Source: Candidatus Colwellbacteria bacterium
GTDB taxonomy: Bacteria > Patescibacteriota > Minisyncoccia > UBA6257 > Colwellbacteraceae
NCBI GenBank assembly: GCA_028718505.1
Contig: JAQULQ010000001.1
Location: 1 to 62,621, forward strand
Length of the DNA stretch: 62,621 nt
Direction: 5' to 3'
Made by a program: the position numbers and the translations under genes. Within the stretch, counting starts at the first letter, position 1, and each line of letters starts with the position of its first letter. Under the pieces are notes generated by a model. It did no database searches and was not told the DNA's origin. It was given only the letters and a program-made list of their open reading frames with translations. Below are positions 26,009-36,614 of the stretch, piece by piece.

Positions 26009-26086
26009 ATAAAAATCACTGCTATTTTAATGGGTTGACACATGCCCCGGCATTTCTTATTTTTGTATTGCTAAAGAATATGAAAA

Positions 26087-26572
26087 ATGGCGGATAAAGA
26101 TCAAAAAGAAACCGAGGGCACGCAGAATATCGAAAAGCTGAGCAAAGAACGCGATGACTTTCTAGCTGGCTGGCAGAGGGCAAAAGCAGACCTCATTAAC
26201 TATAAAAAGGATGAGCTTAAAAGGCTGGAGGAGGTGGCTCGTTTTGCGAACGCTGAAATTATATTTGATATCATTCGGGTGCTGGATAGCTTTGAGCTTG
26301 GTCTAACTGCCATGGAAAAGCTGGGAAAGGTGGATAAGGGAGTTTATCTCATCAAAGGCCAGCTGGAAGACGCCCTGAGGAAATATGGTCTTGAGAGAGT
26401 TGAAGTGAAAGAGGGAGATGAGTTCGATCCAAATCTTCAGGAAGCGATCGCTTCGATAGATGGTAATGTATCCCAAGACAACCGGATTGCAGAAGAGGTG
26501 GAGAGGGGATACACTCTCCACGGCAGGACTTTGAGAGTCCCCAAAGTCAAAGTCTATAAAAAGAAAACCTAA
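26087..26572 (+). CDS. grpE: nucleotide exchange factor GrpE
   Basis: 161-aa coiled coil plus beta domain ([12 protein letters not shown]..., [16 protein letters not shown]). Directly upstream of dnaK. Confidence 0.9.
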   Translation: MADKDQKETEGTQNIEKLSKERDDFLAGWQRAKADLINYKKDELKRLEEVARFANAEIIFDIIRVLDSFELGLTAMEKLGKVDKGVYLIKGQLEDALRKYGLERVEVKEGDEFDPNLQEAIASIDGNVSQDNRIAEEVERGYTLHGRTLRVPKVKVYKKKT

Positions 26573-26597
26573 AATTAAGAACGTAAAACGCAAAAAT

Positions 26598-28472
26598 ATG
26601 GCTAAGATATTGGGTATTGATCTAGGAACAACCAATTCGGCTGCGGCGGTGATTGAGGGGGGCGAACCAAAGATATTAGAGAATTCAGAAGGTAACCGAA
26701 CGACCCCGTCCGTAGTAGCTGTTTCTAAGTCCGGCGAGCGCTTAGTGGGTCTACTGGCTAAGCGGCAATCGATCACTAACCCCCAGAACACTGTCTCATC
26801 GATCAAGCGTTTGATAGGACGGAAGTATTCAGATCCCGAGGTAGAAAAGGACAAAAAAGTTCTTCCCTTCGACTTAAAAGAATCATCGGACGGCGGTGTA
26901 GAGATAAAAATGGGCGGCAAGTGGCATAAGCCGGAAGAGATATCGGCCATGATCTTGGCAAAGCTTAAGAAGGATGCGGAGACTAGGCTCGGAGAAACCA
27001 TAGAGGAAGCGGTTATAACGGTCCCTGCTTACTTCGACGATTCTCAAAGACAGGCAACCAAAAATGCAGGTGAGATAGCCGGGCTGAAAGTTCGTCGGAT
27101 AATTAACGAACCGACTGCTGCTGCGCTTGCCTATGGATTGGATAAGCAGAAAAATGAGATCATTGTAGTCTTTGATTTTGGGGGCGGTACGTTTGATATC
27201 TCCGTGCTGGAGGTGGGGGACAACACGGTAGAGGTGAAAGCTACCGGTGGAGACACTCATCTAGGCGGTGACGATTTTGACCAGCTGATCATTAATTATC
27301 TAGTCAGCGAATATAAAAAACAGGAAAGCATAGATATTTCCAAGGATCCGCTCGCGCTCCAGCGCCTGAAAGAGGCAGTCGAGCGTGCCAAGCATGAGTT
27401 GTCCAGCTCGGTTGAGACAGAGGTTAACCTCCCCTATATTACCTCCGATAATTCCGGCCCTAAGCACTTCCTGGTCAAACTATCCAGAGCGAAGCTCGAG
27501 GAATTAACCGAAGGTTTAATTAAGAAGTCTATCGAACTGGTAAAGGAGGTTGTGACAGCCAGGGTTCCCAAAGGGGCGGGGCTGAAGCTGGGAGATATAG
27601 ATGAAATCATCCTTGTTGGTGGCCAAACTAGGATGCCGGCTATCCAAAACGCAGTTAGGGAATTCTTTGGGAAAGACCCGCATCTTGGTATTAATCCCGA
27701 CGAAGTAGTAGCCATGGGGGCAGCTATCCAGGCTGGGATCTTGCAGGGGGACGTTAGGGATGTCCTGCTCCTGGACGTCACGCCGCTTTCGTTAGGCATT
27801 GAGACTTTGGGCGGCGTTTTCACCAAACTCATAGAGAGAAACACTACTATCCCCACCTCTAAAAGCCAGGTTTTTTCGACGGCTGCAGACGGCCAGACTT
27901 CAGTAGAAGTACACGTTCTGCAGGGAGAAAGAGAAATGGCTTCGGATAATAAAACACTCGGCCGGTTTATTTTAGACGGAATTCCGCCGTCCCCTAGAGG
28001 TATTCCCCAGGTAGAAGTCAGCTTCGACATAGACGCTAATGGCATCCTGGATGTAAAAGCGGTTGATAAGGCTACGGGTAAAAGCCAGTCGGTGCGTATC
28101 GAAGCTTCGACTTCGCTAAGCAAAGACGAGATAGAGCGCCTTAAAAGAGAGGCAGCCGAGCATGCCAGTGAGGATAAAGAGAAGCGTGAGTTGGTTGAGC
28201 TGCGTAATCAGGGAGAGGGCCTTGTCCATACAGCAGAGAAATCCATCAAAGATGCAGGCCCGAAGATACCGGCCGAGACCATCAAAGAGATAGAAGGCGG
28301 GATCAACGACCTGAAGGATGCGCTGAGATCTAACGATAAAGCCGCTATTAGGGACAAGACAGAGTCCCTTTCGAGGTCGCTTCAAAAAGTAGGTGAAATA
28401 TTGTATAAAGAAGCCAAGAATGAGCCTGATAAGGATGAATCTGCTGAGAAGGAAGGGGGTTCAGGCGGATAG
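26598..28472 (+). CDS. dnaK: molecular chaperone DnaK
   Basis: [23 protein letters not shown]-type ([11 protein letters not shown]), and the full Hsp70 layout. Confidence 0.97.
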   Translation: MAKILGIDLGTTNSAAAVIEGGEPKILENSEGNRTTPSVVAVSKSGERLVGLLAKRQSITNPQNTVSSIKRLIGRKYSDPEVEKDKKVLPFDLKESSDGGVEIKMGGKWHKPEEISAMILAKLKKDAETRLGETIEEAVITVPAYFDDSQRQATKNAGEIAGLKVRRIINEPTAAALAYGLDKQKNEIIVVFDFGGGTFDISVLEVGDNTVEVKATGGDTHLGGDDFDQLIINYLVSEYKKQESIDISKDPLALQRLKEAVERAKHELSSSVETEVNLPYITSDNSGPKHFLVKLSRAKLEELTEGLIKKSIELVKEVVTARVPKGAGLKLGDIDEIILVGGQTRMPAIQNAVREFFGKDPHLGINPDEVVAMGAAIQAGILQGDVRDVLLLDVTPLSLGIETLGGVFTKLIERNTTIPTSKSQVFSTAADGQTSVEVHVLQGEREMASDNKTLGRFILDGIPPSPRGIPQVEVSFDIDANGILDVKAVDKATGKSQSVRIEASTSLSKDEIERLKREAAEHASEDKEKRELVELRNQGEGLVHTAEKSIKDAGPKIPAETIKEIEGGINDLKDALRSNDKAAIRDKTESLSRSLQKVGEILYKEAKNEPDKDESAEKEGGSGG

Positions 28473-29499
28473 CCAGGGCGGTTCTGGTAACGAAGATTCT
28501 CCGAAGATAATTACACCCCATCATTTAGGCGGGGGTTTAGCTGTTTCCAAGAGGCCGGTTGTGCGTGCACAATCCGTCTCCCGCCTCAAGGTGTATGCAG
28601 TTATTATTATCAGTGCCTTAGCTGCATTTACTGCCGGCTATCTTTTTAGCATATGGTCCTTTGCCTATGGGGCAATTGCTTTAGTAGTTTTTACTGTGCT
28701 TTTTACAACTCAGACTATCCTCCTGAGGAGACCCCTGGACATCATTCTGGTGGTAGCGGCAGACTCTATAGGTCTTGCTCTATTCTTAAATAAAACTTCA
28801 TCCAGCGTTGCCGTCTGTCTGCTAGTTGTTCTAGTGGTGATGTTCGGTCTGTCACATTTAGCCAGTAGGTTCGCCATGGATAACATGGTGCAGCTGAAAT
28901 TCTTCAGAGTAGTAAGACCTGGCAGCGGTTTCCTTTTCATTGCTCTAAGCGTGTTTGCTGGTTGTATCTTATTTCTGAATAGCGCCACCCTCCTCAACAC
29001 ACACAATACTTCAAGAGTAATGGATGCTCTTGTTCAGCCGATTTTAAGCAGGAAGGTGGCAGGCTTCTCTGCCGAGATGGATCTTGGTAATTTTCTGCAC
29101 GACTATGTTAGGGCGGAGCTAAGCAAGAACGAACAGTTTAAGGGTCTGCCCGAGCTTGAGAAAGAAAAAGTAATCACTGCGCAGGTTGCTGAACTAGCGG
29201 TTCTCATAGAGAACCGTAGTGGATACGGACCACAGATGGCACAATCGGTGGCAGAGAACGTGCGTGAATTTATATCAATCAAAGCAGGGACATTGTATCC
29301 GGAGAATCAGCTGGCTAGGTTGGCGCTAACAACTCTGATCCTTATATTGGTAGTAAAAAGCATCGAGTTTCTGCTCTTTCCCGTTCTGGCCATTCTGAGC
29401 TTGCTGCTTTATGAGTTTTTGCTCGGTTTCGGATTTGCAGAAATACAATTTGAGTCTCGCAGTAAAGAGATACTAAATCTTCCTAGTCGGCGTCCTTGA
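28435..29499 (+). CDS. hypothetical polytopic membrane protein inside the dnaK operon
   Basis: Long ORF with at least six hydrophobic helices. Start is uncertain (ATG 28393/28420/28435 overlap dnaK; GTG 28561 follows an AAGAGG). Confidence 0.55.
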   Translation: MNLLRRKGVQADSQGGSGNEDSPKIITPHHLGGGLAVSKRPVVRAQSVSRLKVYAVIIISALAAFTAGYLFSIWSFAYGAIALVVFTVLFTTQTILLRRPLDIILVVAADSIGLALFLNKTSSSVAVCLLVVLVVMFGLSHLASRFAMDNMVQLKFFRVVRPGSGFLFIALSVFAGCILFLNSATLLNTHNTSRVMDALVQPILSRKVAGFSAEMDLGNFLHDYVRAELSKNEQFKGLPELEKEKVITAQVAELAVLIENRSGYGPQMAQSVAENVREFISIKAGTLYPENQLARLALTTLILILVVKSIEFLLFPVLAILSLLLYEFLLGFGFAEIQFESRSKEILNLPSRRP

Positions 29500-29534
29500 T
29501 TCGACTGCTCGGATGGATATAGTTTAAAAGCCCG

Positions 29535-30614
29535 ATGAAGGACTACTACGAGATATTGGGAGTCGGTCGAGATGCTTCTGCTGACGAAATCAAAAAAGCC
29601 TATTACAGGTTAGCTCATCGTTATCACCCCGATAAAAACGCGGGTGGGGATAAAAAGTTCAAGGAGATAAATGAAGCCTATCAGGTTCTCTCTAACCATG
29701 AAAAACGTCAGCAGTACGATAGTTTTGGAAAGGTTTTCGGAGAAGGCGCGCCCTTTACGGCCGGACAAGGGTTCAATTGGGATGTTAACCTGGGCGGATT
29801 TGAGGACCTCGGGGATCTCGGGGATATTTTTAGCACCCTTTTTGAGGGATTTGGCATCAGGCAGAAAAGGCGTACTTATAAGCGCGGAGCCGATATTGAG
29901 TCTATGGCAGAGATAGATCTGGTGGAGGCAAAGCGGGGAACAGTTTTCAATCTTACATACTCCACATATGGAGAGTGCGGAACTTGTGCGGGGCTTGGTC
30001 ACGAGAAAGGCGCTAGCTTTAAGAAATGTGATTATTGCGGAGGTCAGGGGCAGATCAAAGAAACAAGCAGTACATTTTTTGGTGGTTATTCCAGAATTAA
30101 TGCCTGTCCGAACTGCCGGGGAGCTGGTGAAGTACCCGAGCATCTTTGTCAAAAATGTAAAGGCAGCGGCCGCGTTGAGGAGAACCGCTCAGCCCGAATA
30201 GATATTAGGCCTGGAGTTGAGAATAACCAGATCATCAAATTAAAAGGAATGGGGGAAGCTGGCGAGAACAATGCTGGGAGCGGGGATCTATATGTAAGAA
30301 TACGGATAAAACCGCACCCGGTTTTTGAAAGGCAAGGAGATGACCTCTTCAGGGTGGTAGAAGCAAATGTCGTCGATGTCCTTTTAGGCAGGGAAATCAA
30401 ATTAGAGAATTTAGAGGGTAAGGTGCTCAAAATCAAAGTTCCGGCAGGATTCAGGTTGGGAGAAACCCTTAGGATCAAGGGAGAGGGAATGACTAATAGA
30501 AATGATCTCATTGTCAAACTTGAGGCTAGGACCCCGCAGCATCTTTCCCGGAAAGCCAAAGCCCTTTTAGAAGATCTGGGCAAGGAATTTGATGGGTACA
30601 ACTTGAAAGAGTAG
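29535..30614 (+). CDS. dnaJ: molecular chaperone DnaJ
   Basis: J domain with HPDKN. Four CxxCxGxG repeats ([32 protein letters not shown]). Confidence 0.95.
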   Translation: MKDYYEILGVGRDASADEIKKAYYRLAHRYHPDKNAGGDKKFKEINEAYQVLSNHEKRQQYDSFGKVFGEGAPFTAGQGFNWDVNLGGFEDLGDLGDIFSTLFEGFGIRQKRRTYKRGADIESMAEIDLVEAKRGTVFNLTYSTYGECGTCAGLGHEKGASFKKCDYCGGQGQIKETSSTFFGGYSRINACPNCRGAGEVPEHLCQKCKGSGRVEENRSARIDIRPGVENNQIIKLKGMGEAGENNAGSGDLYVRIRIKPHPVFERQGDDLFRVVEANVVDVLLGREIKLENLEGKVLKIKVPAGFRLGETLRIKGEGMTNRNDLIVKLEARTPQHLSRKAKALLEDLGKEFDGYNLKE

Positions 30615-30679
30615 CGGGTCAATAGTAATCTATCTAAAGTCGCCTGGAATTTCAGCTAAGGGAAAGCAGAAATTAGATC

Positions 30680-30752
30680 CCGCCCGTAGCTCAATTGGCA
30701 GAGCAACGGCCTTTTAAGCCGGTGGTTGGAGGTTCGATTCCTCCCGGGCGGA
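30680..30752 (+). tRNA. tRNA-Lys (TTT)
   Basis: Acceptor CCGCCCG/CGGGCGG, anticodon arm ACGGC-CTTTTAA-GCCGG, T arm GGAGG-TTCGATT-CCTCC. Confidence 0.85.
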
Positions 30753-30760
30753 CACACGAT

Positions 30761-32002
30761 ATGGAGGCGCGCAAACAGCACATCTGGGCATTGATTTTAA
30801 TGGTTGCCATCACCGTTTTAGCCGGCTTTTTTGTCTATCCCGGCAATTCGGTCTCGAATACTATACCTTGGCGATTGGGACTTGATCTGGTAGGGGGGAG
30901 TGCTCTGGTATATGAAGTCGATCTCACCAATATAGATTCTGCGGATCATGCTGACGCTGTGGCCGGCCTGAAAGAGGTGATTGAGAGGCGAGTGAATATT
31001 TTCGGGGTATCTGAACCGAGAGTAGCCGTTGTCAGGAAGGGAGATGGCTACCAGCTGCTAGTTGAGTTGGCAGGTGTAAATGCCGAGGATGCTGCTCGTC
31101 AGATAGGTGAGACTCCAGTTTTGGATTTTAGGGAAGTGACCGCAGATGACACCGGCAGTCTCTCTTATGTGCCAACCGAACTGACTGGTAGAAATCTTAA
31201 GAGGGCTAGCCTCGGTTTTGATAACCTAACCAACACAGCCATAGTTCTTCTGGAATTCGATGAAGAAGGGGCCGCGATGTTCGCCGAGATTACCGGGAGG
31301 AATGTGGGTAAACCCCTAGCGGTTTTTGTAGATGGAACCCCTATGACCGCACCCGTGGTTCAACAGGAGATCACCGGGGGCTCTGCTCAGATAACGGGAG
31401 GGGGTGCTGGTTTCACAGCCGATGAGGCAAAATCCCTCGTTGATCGGTTCAACGCCGGTGCTTTGTCTGCCCCCATCCACCTTATCAACCAAAGAAAAGT
31501 CAGTGCTTCAGCGGCAGAAAACTCCTTGAATCAAATTATTCTTGCTGGTCTTATCGGAACAGTTGCGGTCATGGTTTTCATGGTTCTTTATTACCGGTCG
31601 TACGGAGTTTTCGCCAGTATTGCGTTGCTAATGTATACCATTCTAAGCTTGGCTTTTTTCAAGCTCATTCCGAACTTTACAATGACCCTGGCTGGTATAG
31701 CCGGTTTTATCCTGTCGGTCGGCATGGCAGTGGATGCTAATATTCTTATCTTCGAGAGGACCAGAGAAGAACTAAGGGGTGGACATAGTCGTGGGGAGTC
31801 GGTCCAAGAGGGGTTCAAGCGGGCCTGGCCATCGATAAGAGACTCGAACACTACCACCATTCTTACTTCAGCCATCCTTTATGCCTTGACGTCTAGCTTC
31901 GTGAGGGGGTTTGCTCTCACTTTGGGCTTGGGCGTCGTGGTGAGTATGTTCTCCGCCATTTTTATAACCAGGACCATTCTAAGAGTTTTTGCTAGAATCT
32001 AA
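30761..32002 (+). CDS. secD: protein translocase subunit SecD
   Basis: N-terminal TM helix, periplasmic domain (LGLDLVGGS) and six C-terminal TM helices. Start moved to ATG 30761 because the track start overlaps tRNA-Lys. Confidence 0.9.
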   Translation: MEARKQHIWALILMVAITVLAGFFVYPGNSVSNTIPWRLGLDLVGGSALVYEVDLTNIDSADHADAVAGLKEVIERRVNIFGVSEPRVAVVRKGDGYQLLVELAGVNAEDAARQIGETPVLDFREVTADDTGSLSYVPTELTGRNLKRASLGFDNLTNTAIVLLEFDEEGAAMFAEITGRNVGKPLAVFVDGTPMTAPVVQQEITGGSAQITGGGAGFTADEAKSLVDRFNAGALSAPIHLINQRKVSASAAENSLNQIILAGLIGTVAVMVFMVLYYRSYGVFASIALLMYTILSLAFFKLIPNFTMTLAGIAGFILSVGMAVDANILIFERTREELRGGHSRGESVQEGFKRAWPSIRDSNTTTILTSAILYALTSSFVRGFALTLGLGVVVSMFSAIFITRTILRVFARI

Positions 32003-32904
32003 TGGAAAAAATCCTTAAATATAAGAAAATATTGTTGGGTGTCTCCATCCTCCTCATTTTAGCCAGTGCTGCTTGTCTTCTCTCCTTCGGATTAGAGCCG
32101 GGGATAGATTTTACTAGCGGTTCTTTTTGGCAGATTTATGCCACTGGAGTTTCGGCTGATGATTTAAGGCAATTTTTGGGACGAGACCTGGAATTAGGAG
32201 ACATTAATATAATGTCGGATGAAGGAACGAACATCTTTTCCGTAACTCTTAGAGAACTTTCTGAAAATGAACGAGTGGATATTCTTTCGAAGCTTAAAGC
32301 GAAATTCGGAGAAACAGTGGCAGAGCAGGATTTCTCTTCTATAAGCCCTGCAGTTTCTAAGGAGTTAACTCACAAAGCTTGGTGGGCGATTGGGCTGGTT
32401 TTGTTGGGGATATCTCTCTATGTAGCCTTTGCCTTCCGTAAAGTTTCACAACCAGTAAGCTCCTGGAAGTATGGTTTACTGACCCTTCTTTCTCTTGTCC
32501 ACGACGTCATTATCCCCGCGGGATTGTTCGCCATTCTGGGTGCCTATCATGGTGTGACCGTGGATATAAACTTTATGGTAGCCCTGTTGGTAGTGATGGG
32601 TTTTTCTGTCCACGACACTATTGTGGTTTTTGATCGCATCAGAGAAAATCTCACCAAGTGGGGGGCAAAGATGGATTTTGAGGAACTCATCGATAAGAGT
32701 ATTGTCCAGACGATTGTTAGGTCTATCAATACCTCTCTGGCCCTGATCCTAGTCCTGATCTCAATTTATATTTGGGGTCCTATCAATCTTAAGTATTTCA
32801 TATTAGCTATTTTGGTCGGGTCTGTGGCCGGGGTTTACTCTTCCATGTTCGTAGCTGCTCCCGCCCTCCTCTTCGTCAGTAGAAAAAAACGCAGAAGTGG
32901 ATAA
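32002..32904 (+). CDS. secF: protein translocase subunit SecF
   Basis: SecF layout (GIDFTSG, HDTIVVFDRIREN) immediately after secD. Confidence 0.9.
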   Translation: MEKILKYKKILLGVSILLILASAACLLSFGLEPGIDFTSGSFWQIYATGVSADDLRQFLGRDLELGDINIMSDEGTNIFSVTLRELSENERVDILSKLKAKFGETVAEQDFSSISPAVSKELTHKAWWAIGLVLLGISLYVAFAFRKVSQPVSSWKYGLLTLLSLVHDVIIPAGLFAILGAYHGVTVDINFMVALLVVMGFSVHDTIVVFDRIRENLTKWGAKMDFEELIDKSIVQTIVRSINTSLALILVLISIYIWGPINLKYFILAILVGSVAGVYSSMFVAAPALLFVSRKKRRSG

Positions 32905-32942
32905 ACTGACTGTTGGGGGCATTAATGTGATAGAATAAGGGT

Positions 32943-32996
32943 ATTACCCGAATATGGGATTTGTTGCTTGACGAGTCTCGGGTAATGTTGTAATCT
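32943..32996 (+). promoter_or_regulatory. promoter with a flanking 9-bp inverted repeat (operator candidate) upstream of the sigma-r4/HARE-HTH gene
   Basis: TTGACG (32968-32973), 17-nt spacer, TAATCT (32991-32996). ATTACCCGA (32943-32951) and TCGGGTAAT (32978-32986) bracket the -35 element. Confidence 0.45.
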
Positions 32997-33011
32997 AGAA
33001 TTCAGTTAATT

Positions 33012-33860
33012 ATGTCCAAAGTTATAGTGGAAATAGACATAGACGGTCTCATCAAAAAGGCCCTGCAGATACAAGATAGTCGGGCCAAGGATATTGTTGT
33101 CCGTCGGCATGGCCTAAAGACCTCAAAGAGGCAGACTTTAGCCAGTCTCGGTTCTGAGTATGGTCTAACCAGAGAGAGAGTGCGTCAAATCGAAGCAGCT
33201 TCACTTAGAAATATAAAATCTAAGATAGAAGAAGAAAAGGAGGCCCGTGAATTCATTAAATTTACCGAGGATTATTTGGAGAAAGTATCAAAATTGAGAC
33301 GTAGTGATCTGCTGGCGCGGGATATCTGGGTGCTTTGCGGTCTATCCGACAATTACGACCCTATTTTTGAGAACAAGCTGAACTTTATTGCTAAGACCCT
33401 GGGTCGGCCGTATGTGATTGATGCTACTCCCGGTTTGCATACTATTTGGCACATTGATGAGGGTGCCTATGGGTTAGCTCTTATGCTGGTCAGAAAACTG
33501 CTCAGTATTAAGGAGCATAGCTTTGATAAGTTCCTGGAGTCTGTCATCGGTGAACACAAGTTAACTGAATCGGTTATCTTGAACTATCTATCTGTGTCAA
33601 AGAACTTCGGAGTCGGCCCGTTCGGGGATATAGGTGCGGATAGCTGGGCACAGGTGAACCCCAGAACAGTTAGAGATAAGGCTTATCTGGTCTTAAGTCA
33701 GACCGATGCGCCGATGCACTTTAGGGAAATCGCCAAATTGGTTAACGAGATCAGTAGAAAGGGGAAAGCGCCCGCAACTGTTCATAACGAACTTATTCGC
33801 GACCCCAGATTCACTTTAGTTAGCAGAGGCACCTATTCGTTAAATGAGCGAGCTAGCTAG
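33012..33860 (+). CDS. DNA-binding protein with an N-terminal sigma-70 region-4-like HTH and a C-terminal HARE-HTH (RpoE-delta-like) domain
   Basis: VRRHGLKTSKRQTLASLGSEYGLTRERVRQIEAASLRNIK matches the sigma region 4 pattern. AYLVLSQTDAPMHFREIAKLV...ELIRDPRFTLVSRGTYSL matches the HARE-HTH pattern. Confidence 0.7.
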   Translation: MSKVIVEIDIDGLIKKALQIQDSRAKDIVVRRHGLKTSKRQTLASLGSEYGLTRERVRQIEAASLRNIKSKIEEEKEAREFIKFTEDYLEKVSKLRRSDLLARDIWVLCGLSDNYDPIFENKLNFIAKTLGRPYVIDATPGLHTIWHIDEGAYGLALMLVRKLLSIKEHSFDKFLESVIGEHKLTESVILNYLSVSKNFGVGPFGDIGADSWAQVNPRTVRDKAYLVLSQTDAPMHFREIAKLVNEISRKGKAPATVHNELIRDPRFTLVSRGTYSLNERAS

Positions 33861-35151
33861 TGGTTTAGGCAATGCTTTTTCTTTTTGGTGGCTTGTAATC
33901 CCCGTTGTTATTATCACGATCGCCAGGGATTGGTGGAGGATACATATTGTTGATGAATACATCTCTAAACTGAAGTGGGTGTTGCTTGAGATAAATATTC
34001 CCAAAGAGAATCTAAGGTCAGCCAAAGCTATGGAGCAGGTTGTGGGCTCTCTGCACGGAGCTTATTCTTTCGGTTTGCGCTTCAAACAGCGCTGGCTAGA
34101 AGGCGTGGTAGAGGATTGGTTTTCGCTGGAGATAGTGGGCTTCGCCGACGGCGTTCATTTTTTTATCAGAACCCTGCAAAAACACCGTAAGCTGGCAGAA
34201 GCGGCTATTCTATCACAGTACCCGGATGCGGAGATTCTTGAGGTTGAAGATTATGTGGGCCGGATCAAAGATAAGCCTTTTCATCAGAAAGATATCTGGG
34301 GCATGGATCTTAAGCTCAATAATCCGGATTATTATCCTATCCGGACTTATGAATACTTTGAGGATAAGGAGGAGGAAAAGCGCATTGATCCTTTAGCGAC
34401 TGTCGTAGAGGTAATGTCTAGTCTTAACAAGAACGAAGCTCTTTGGCTTCAGCTTCTGATCAGACCGGTTGGTGATGAATGGCGTAAAGCAGGTGAGGAA
34501 AGGATCAAAGAAATGTCCGGGCAGAAAACCGTCAGTAAGAAAACGTCGTCCGTCGGTACGGTGTTTAAAGAAGTGGGGGACGTCGCGGCCAGCTTGCCGA
34601 CCGCTATTTTTACCCCGCCCGTTTTTGGCGAAGTTAAACCCGTGGTCGCAGAAAAGCAGGTTTTCAGAATGCGCGATCCGAAAGAAGAGGATGCCCTTAA
34701 GGCTATCAGCAACAAGATCTCCAAGAGAGCATTCGATTGTATCTTAAGGTTTGTTTACGTAGACGACAGGGAAGACTTTACCGACAGCAATATCAACGCC
34801 GTTATGGGTGCACTCCGCTATTTAGGAGATCAGAACCTCAATAGTTTAGGGCCGAATCGAAAAACCCTGACCACCAAGTACGCAGCTGCTAAGTATTTAC
34901 TTTTTCTTAGAAAAAAGAGGCTGGCCAGACGCAAAAAGAAATTGCTTATTAACTACATTAGGCGCGAAATGCCTAGGCCGATTCTGATGGCTCCGCTCGA
35001 GGGATTTTTAAAAACCTCTGTTATGTGTACGGAAGAGATAGCGACCCTGTTCCATCCGCCGGCAGAATTTGTTAAGTCGATGAAGACACAGGTTATTCCG
35101 TCCAGAAAGGCACAGGCCCCGATGGATCTTCCGACTAAAGAGAGAATTTAA
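33844..35151 (+). CDS. hypothetical membrane-anchored protein, probable partner of the downstream TraD-like ATPase
   Basis: Single N-terminal TM helix (FSFWWLVIPVVIITIA) and a large soluble part ending ...TEEIATLFHPP. Overlaps both neighbours (17 nt upstream; 2-nt gap downstream). Confidence 0.6.
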   Translation: MSELASGLGNAFSFWWLVIPVVIITIARDWWRIHIVDEYISKLKWVLLEINIPKENLRSAKAMEQVVGSLHGAYSFGLRFKQRWLEGVVEDWFSLEIVGFADGVHFFIRTLQKHRKLAEAAILSQYPDAEILEVEDYVGRIKDKPFHQKDIWGMDLKLNNPDYYPIRTYEYFEDKEEEKRIDPLATVVEVMSSLNKNEALWLQLLIRPVGDEWRKAGEERIKEMSGQKTVSKKTSSVGTVFKEVGDVAASLPTAIFTPPVFGEVKPVVAEKQVFRMRDPKEEDALKAISNKISKRAFDCILRFVYVDDREDFTDSNINAVMGALRYLGDQNLNSLGPNRKTLTTKYAAAKYLLFLRKKRLARRKKKLLINYIRREMPRPILMAPLEGFLKTSVMCTEEIATLFHPPAEFVKSMKTQVIPSRKAQAPMDLPTKERI

Positions 35152-35153
35152 TC

Positions 35154-36614
35154 ATGGATAACAACGAGAAAGACATAACCATTGTCGGCAAGACCAATTT
35201 TCGCAACCGAGAATCCTTCGGCATTAAGAAAATAGATCGCCGTAAGCACATCTACATCATGGGTAAAACAGGAACCGGCAAGAGCACCCTGATGGAGAAT
35301 ATGCTGATAGACGACATAAGAGAGGGCAAAGGAGTCGGCTTGATAGATCCCCACGGCGACTTTGCTGAGAGAGTTTTAAGTTTTGTGCCCGAAGAGAGGG
35401 TGGGCGACGTCGTCTACTTTGACCCCGGGGACGTCAATCATCCCATCGGTTTTAACCCGCTTGAAGCCGTTGGCAGTGAACACAGGCACTTGGTGGCTTC
35501 AGGTATCATGGGTGTCTTTAAAAAGGTTTGGCCGGATGTCTGGTCGAACCGTATGGAATACCTTTTGAACAATACACTCTTGGCTCTTCTGGAATACCCG
35601 GGCTCCACTCTTCTGGGAGTTATAAAGATGCTAACTGACAAGAAATACAGGGACAAGATAGTGACAGAACTGACTGACCCGGTAGTCAAGAATTTCTGGA
35701 CGAACGAATTCTCGAAATGGACAGACAGATATGCGGCTGAAGCTGTCCCGGCAGTACTTAACAAAATTGGCCAGCTAATCGCCAATCCGCTCATTAGACA
35801 CATCCTTGGGCAATCGCATTCTACCATCAACCTTAGGCAGATTATGGACGAGGGCAAGATCCTCATTATTAACCTCTCTAAAGGAAAAATAGGGGAAGAT
35901 AACTCAGCGCTTTTGGGAGCTATGTTTATCACTAAGTTCCAGATGGCTGCTATGAGCAGGATAGATATTATAAACGAAGAAGACAGACGTGATTTTTATC
36001 TGTATATCGATGAATTCCAGAATTTCTCGACCGATTCATTTGCCGATATTCTCTCCGAGGCCAGAAAGTACCATCTAAGCCTGGTTTTAGTTAATCAATA
36101 CTTGGGGCAGTTGGTTGATCCCGTGACCAGGAGTAGTAAGGTCCGAGACGCCATTTTTGGTAACGTCGGCACCATCGTTACTTTCAGGATCGGAGCAGAA
36201 GATTCCGAATTTCTAGAGCTTGAGTTCGAGCCGGAGTTTACAGCTAATGATTTGGTGAACCTGCCGCTTCATAAGATGTATATCAAGCTGATGATAGACG
36301 GAGTGGCGTCTAAGCCATTCTCGGCTGATACCTTTCCTCCGCATCAACCCGGAGAAATAAGCTATGCGGATATTATCGTAGAAAACAGCCGGGAAAAATA
36401 CGGTGTTCCAATCAAGGAAGTTGAGGAAAAAATAGGCAGTGAATATATAGAGGCCGACAAGATAGTTGAGGAACGTACTAGGAGACGAGGTGAGAGCGGC
36501 CTGAGGGTTCTCAGAGAAGAGCCAGCCCTAAAGAAAAAGAAAGAGATCGATAAAAACAAGCTAAGGGAGGCTCTCGGGTCTTCTCTGCCGAAAGACGAAG
36601 GTGCTGGGGATTAA
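35154..36614 (+). CDS. TraD/VirD4-like (type IV coupling protein-like) P-loop ATPase without a TM domain
   Basis: Walker A IMGKTGTGKST and Walker B FYLYIDEFQNF, with the TraG/TraD C-terminal-type layout. The lysine/glutamate-rich tail is disordered-looking. Confidence 0.75.
   Translation: MDNNEKDITIVGKTNFRNRESFGIKKIDRRKHIYIMGKTGTGKSTLMENMLIDDIREGKGVGLIDPHGDFAERVLSFVPEERVGDVVYFDPGDVNHPIGFNPLEAVGSEHRHLVASGIMGVFKKVWPDVWSNRMEYLLNNTLLALLEYPGSTLLGVIKMLTDKKYRDKIVTELTDPVVKNFWTNEFSKWTDRYAAEAVPAVLNKIGQLIANPLIRHILGQSHSTINLRQIMDEGKILIINLSKGKIGEDNSALLGAMFITKFQMAAMSRIDIINEEDRRDFYLYIDEFQNFSTDSFADILSEARKYHLSLVLVNQYLGQLVDPVTRSSKVRDAIFGNVGTIVTFRIGAEDSEFLELEFEPEFTANDLVNLPLHKMYIKLMIDGVASKPFSADTFPPHQPGEISYADIIVENSREKYGVPIKEVEEKIGSEYIEADKIVEERTRRRGESGLRVLREEPALKKKKEIDKNKLREALGSSLPKDEGAGD

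Noticed and set aside
26009-26086. CIRCE (HrcA) operator upstream of grpE-dnaK.
   Set aside because: No TTAGCACTC-N9-GAGTGCTAA-like inverted repeat is present. Only a short ATGCC/GGCAT palindrome lies next to a weak promoter candidate (TTGACA at 26035).
26303-28123. Long antisense ORFs opposite grpE/dnaK (26303-27001 and 27434-28123, minus strand).
   Set aside because: They lie fully inside highly conserved sense genes and have low-complexity S/P/L-rich translations. Long antisense frames are a known codon-bias artefact of Hsp70 genes.
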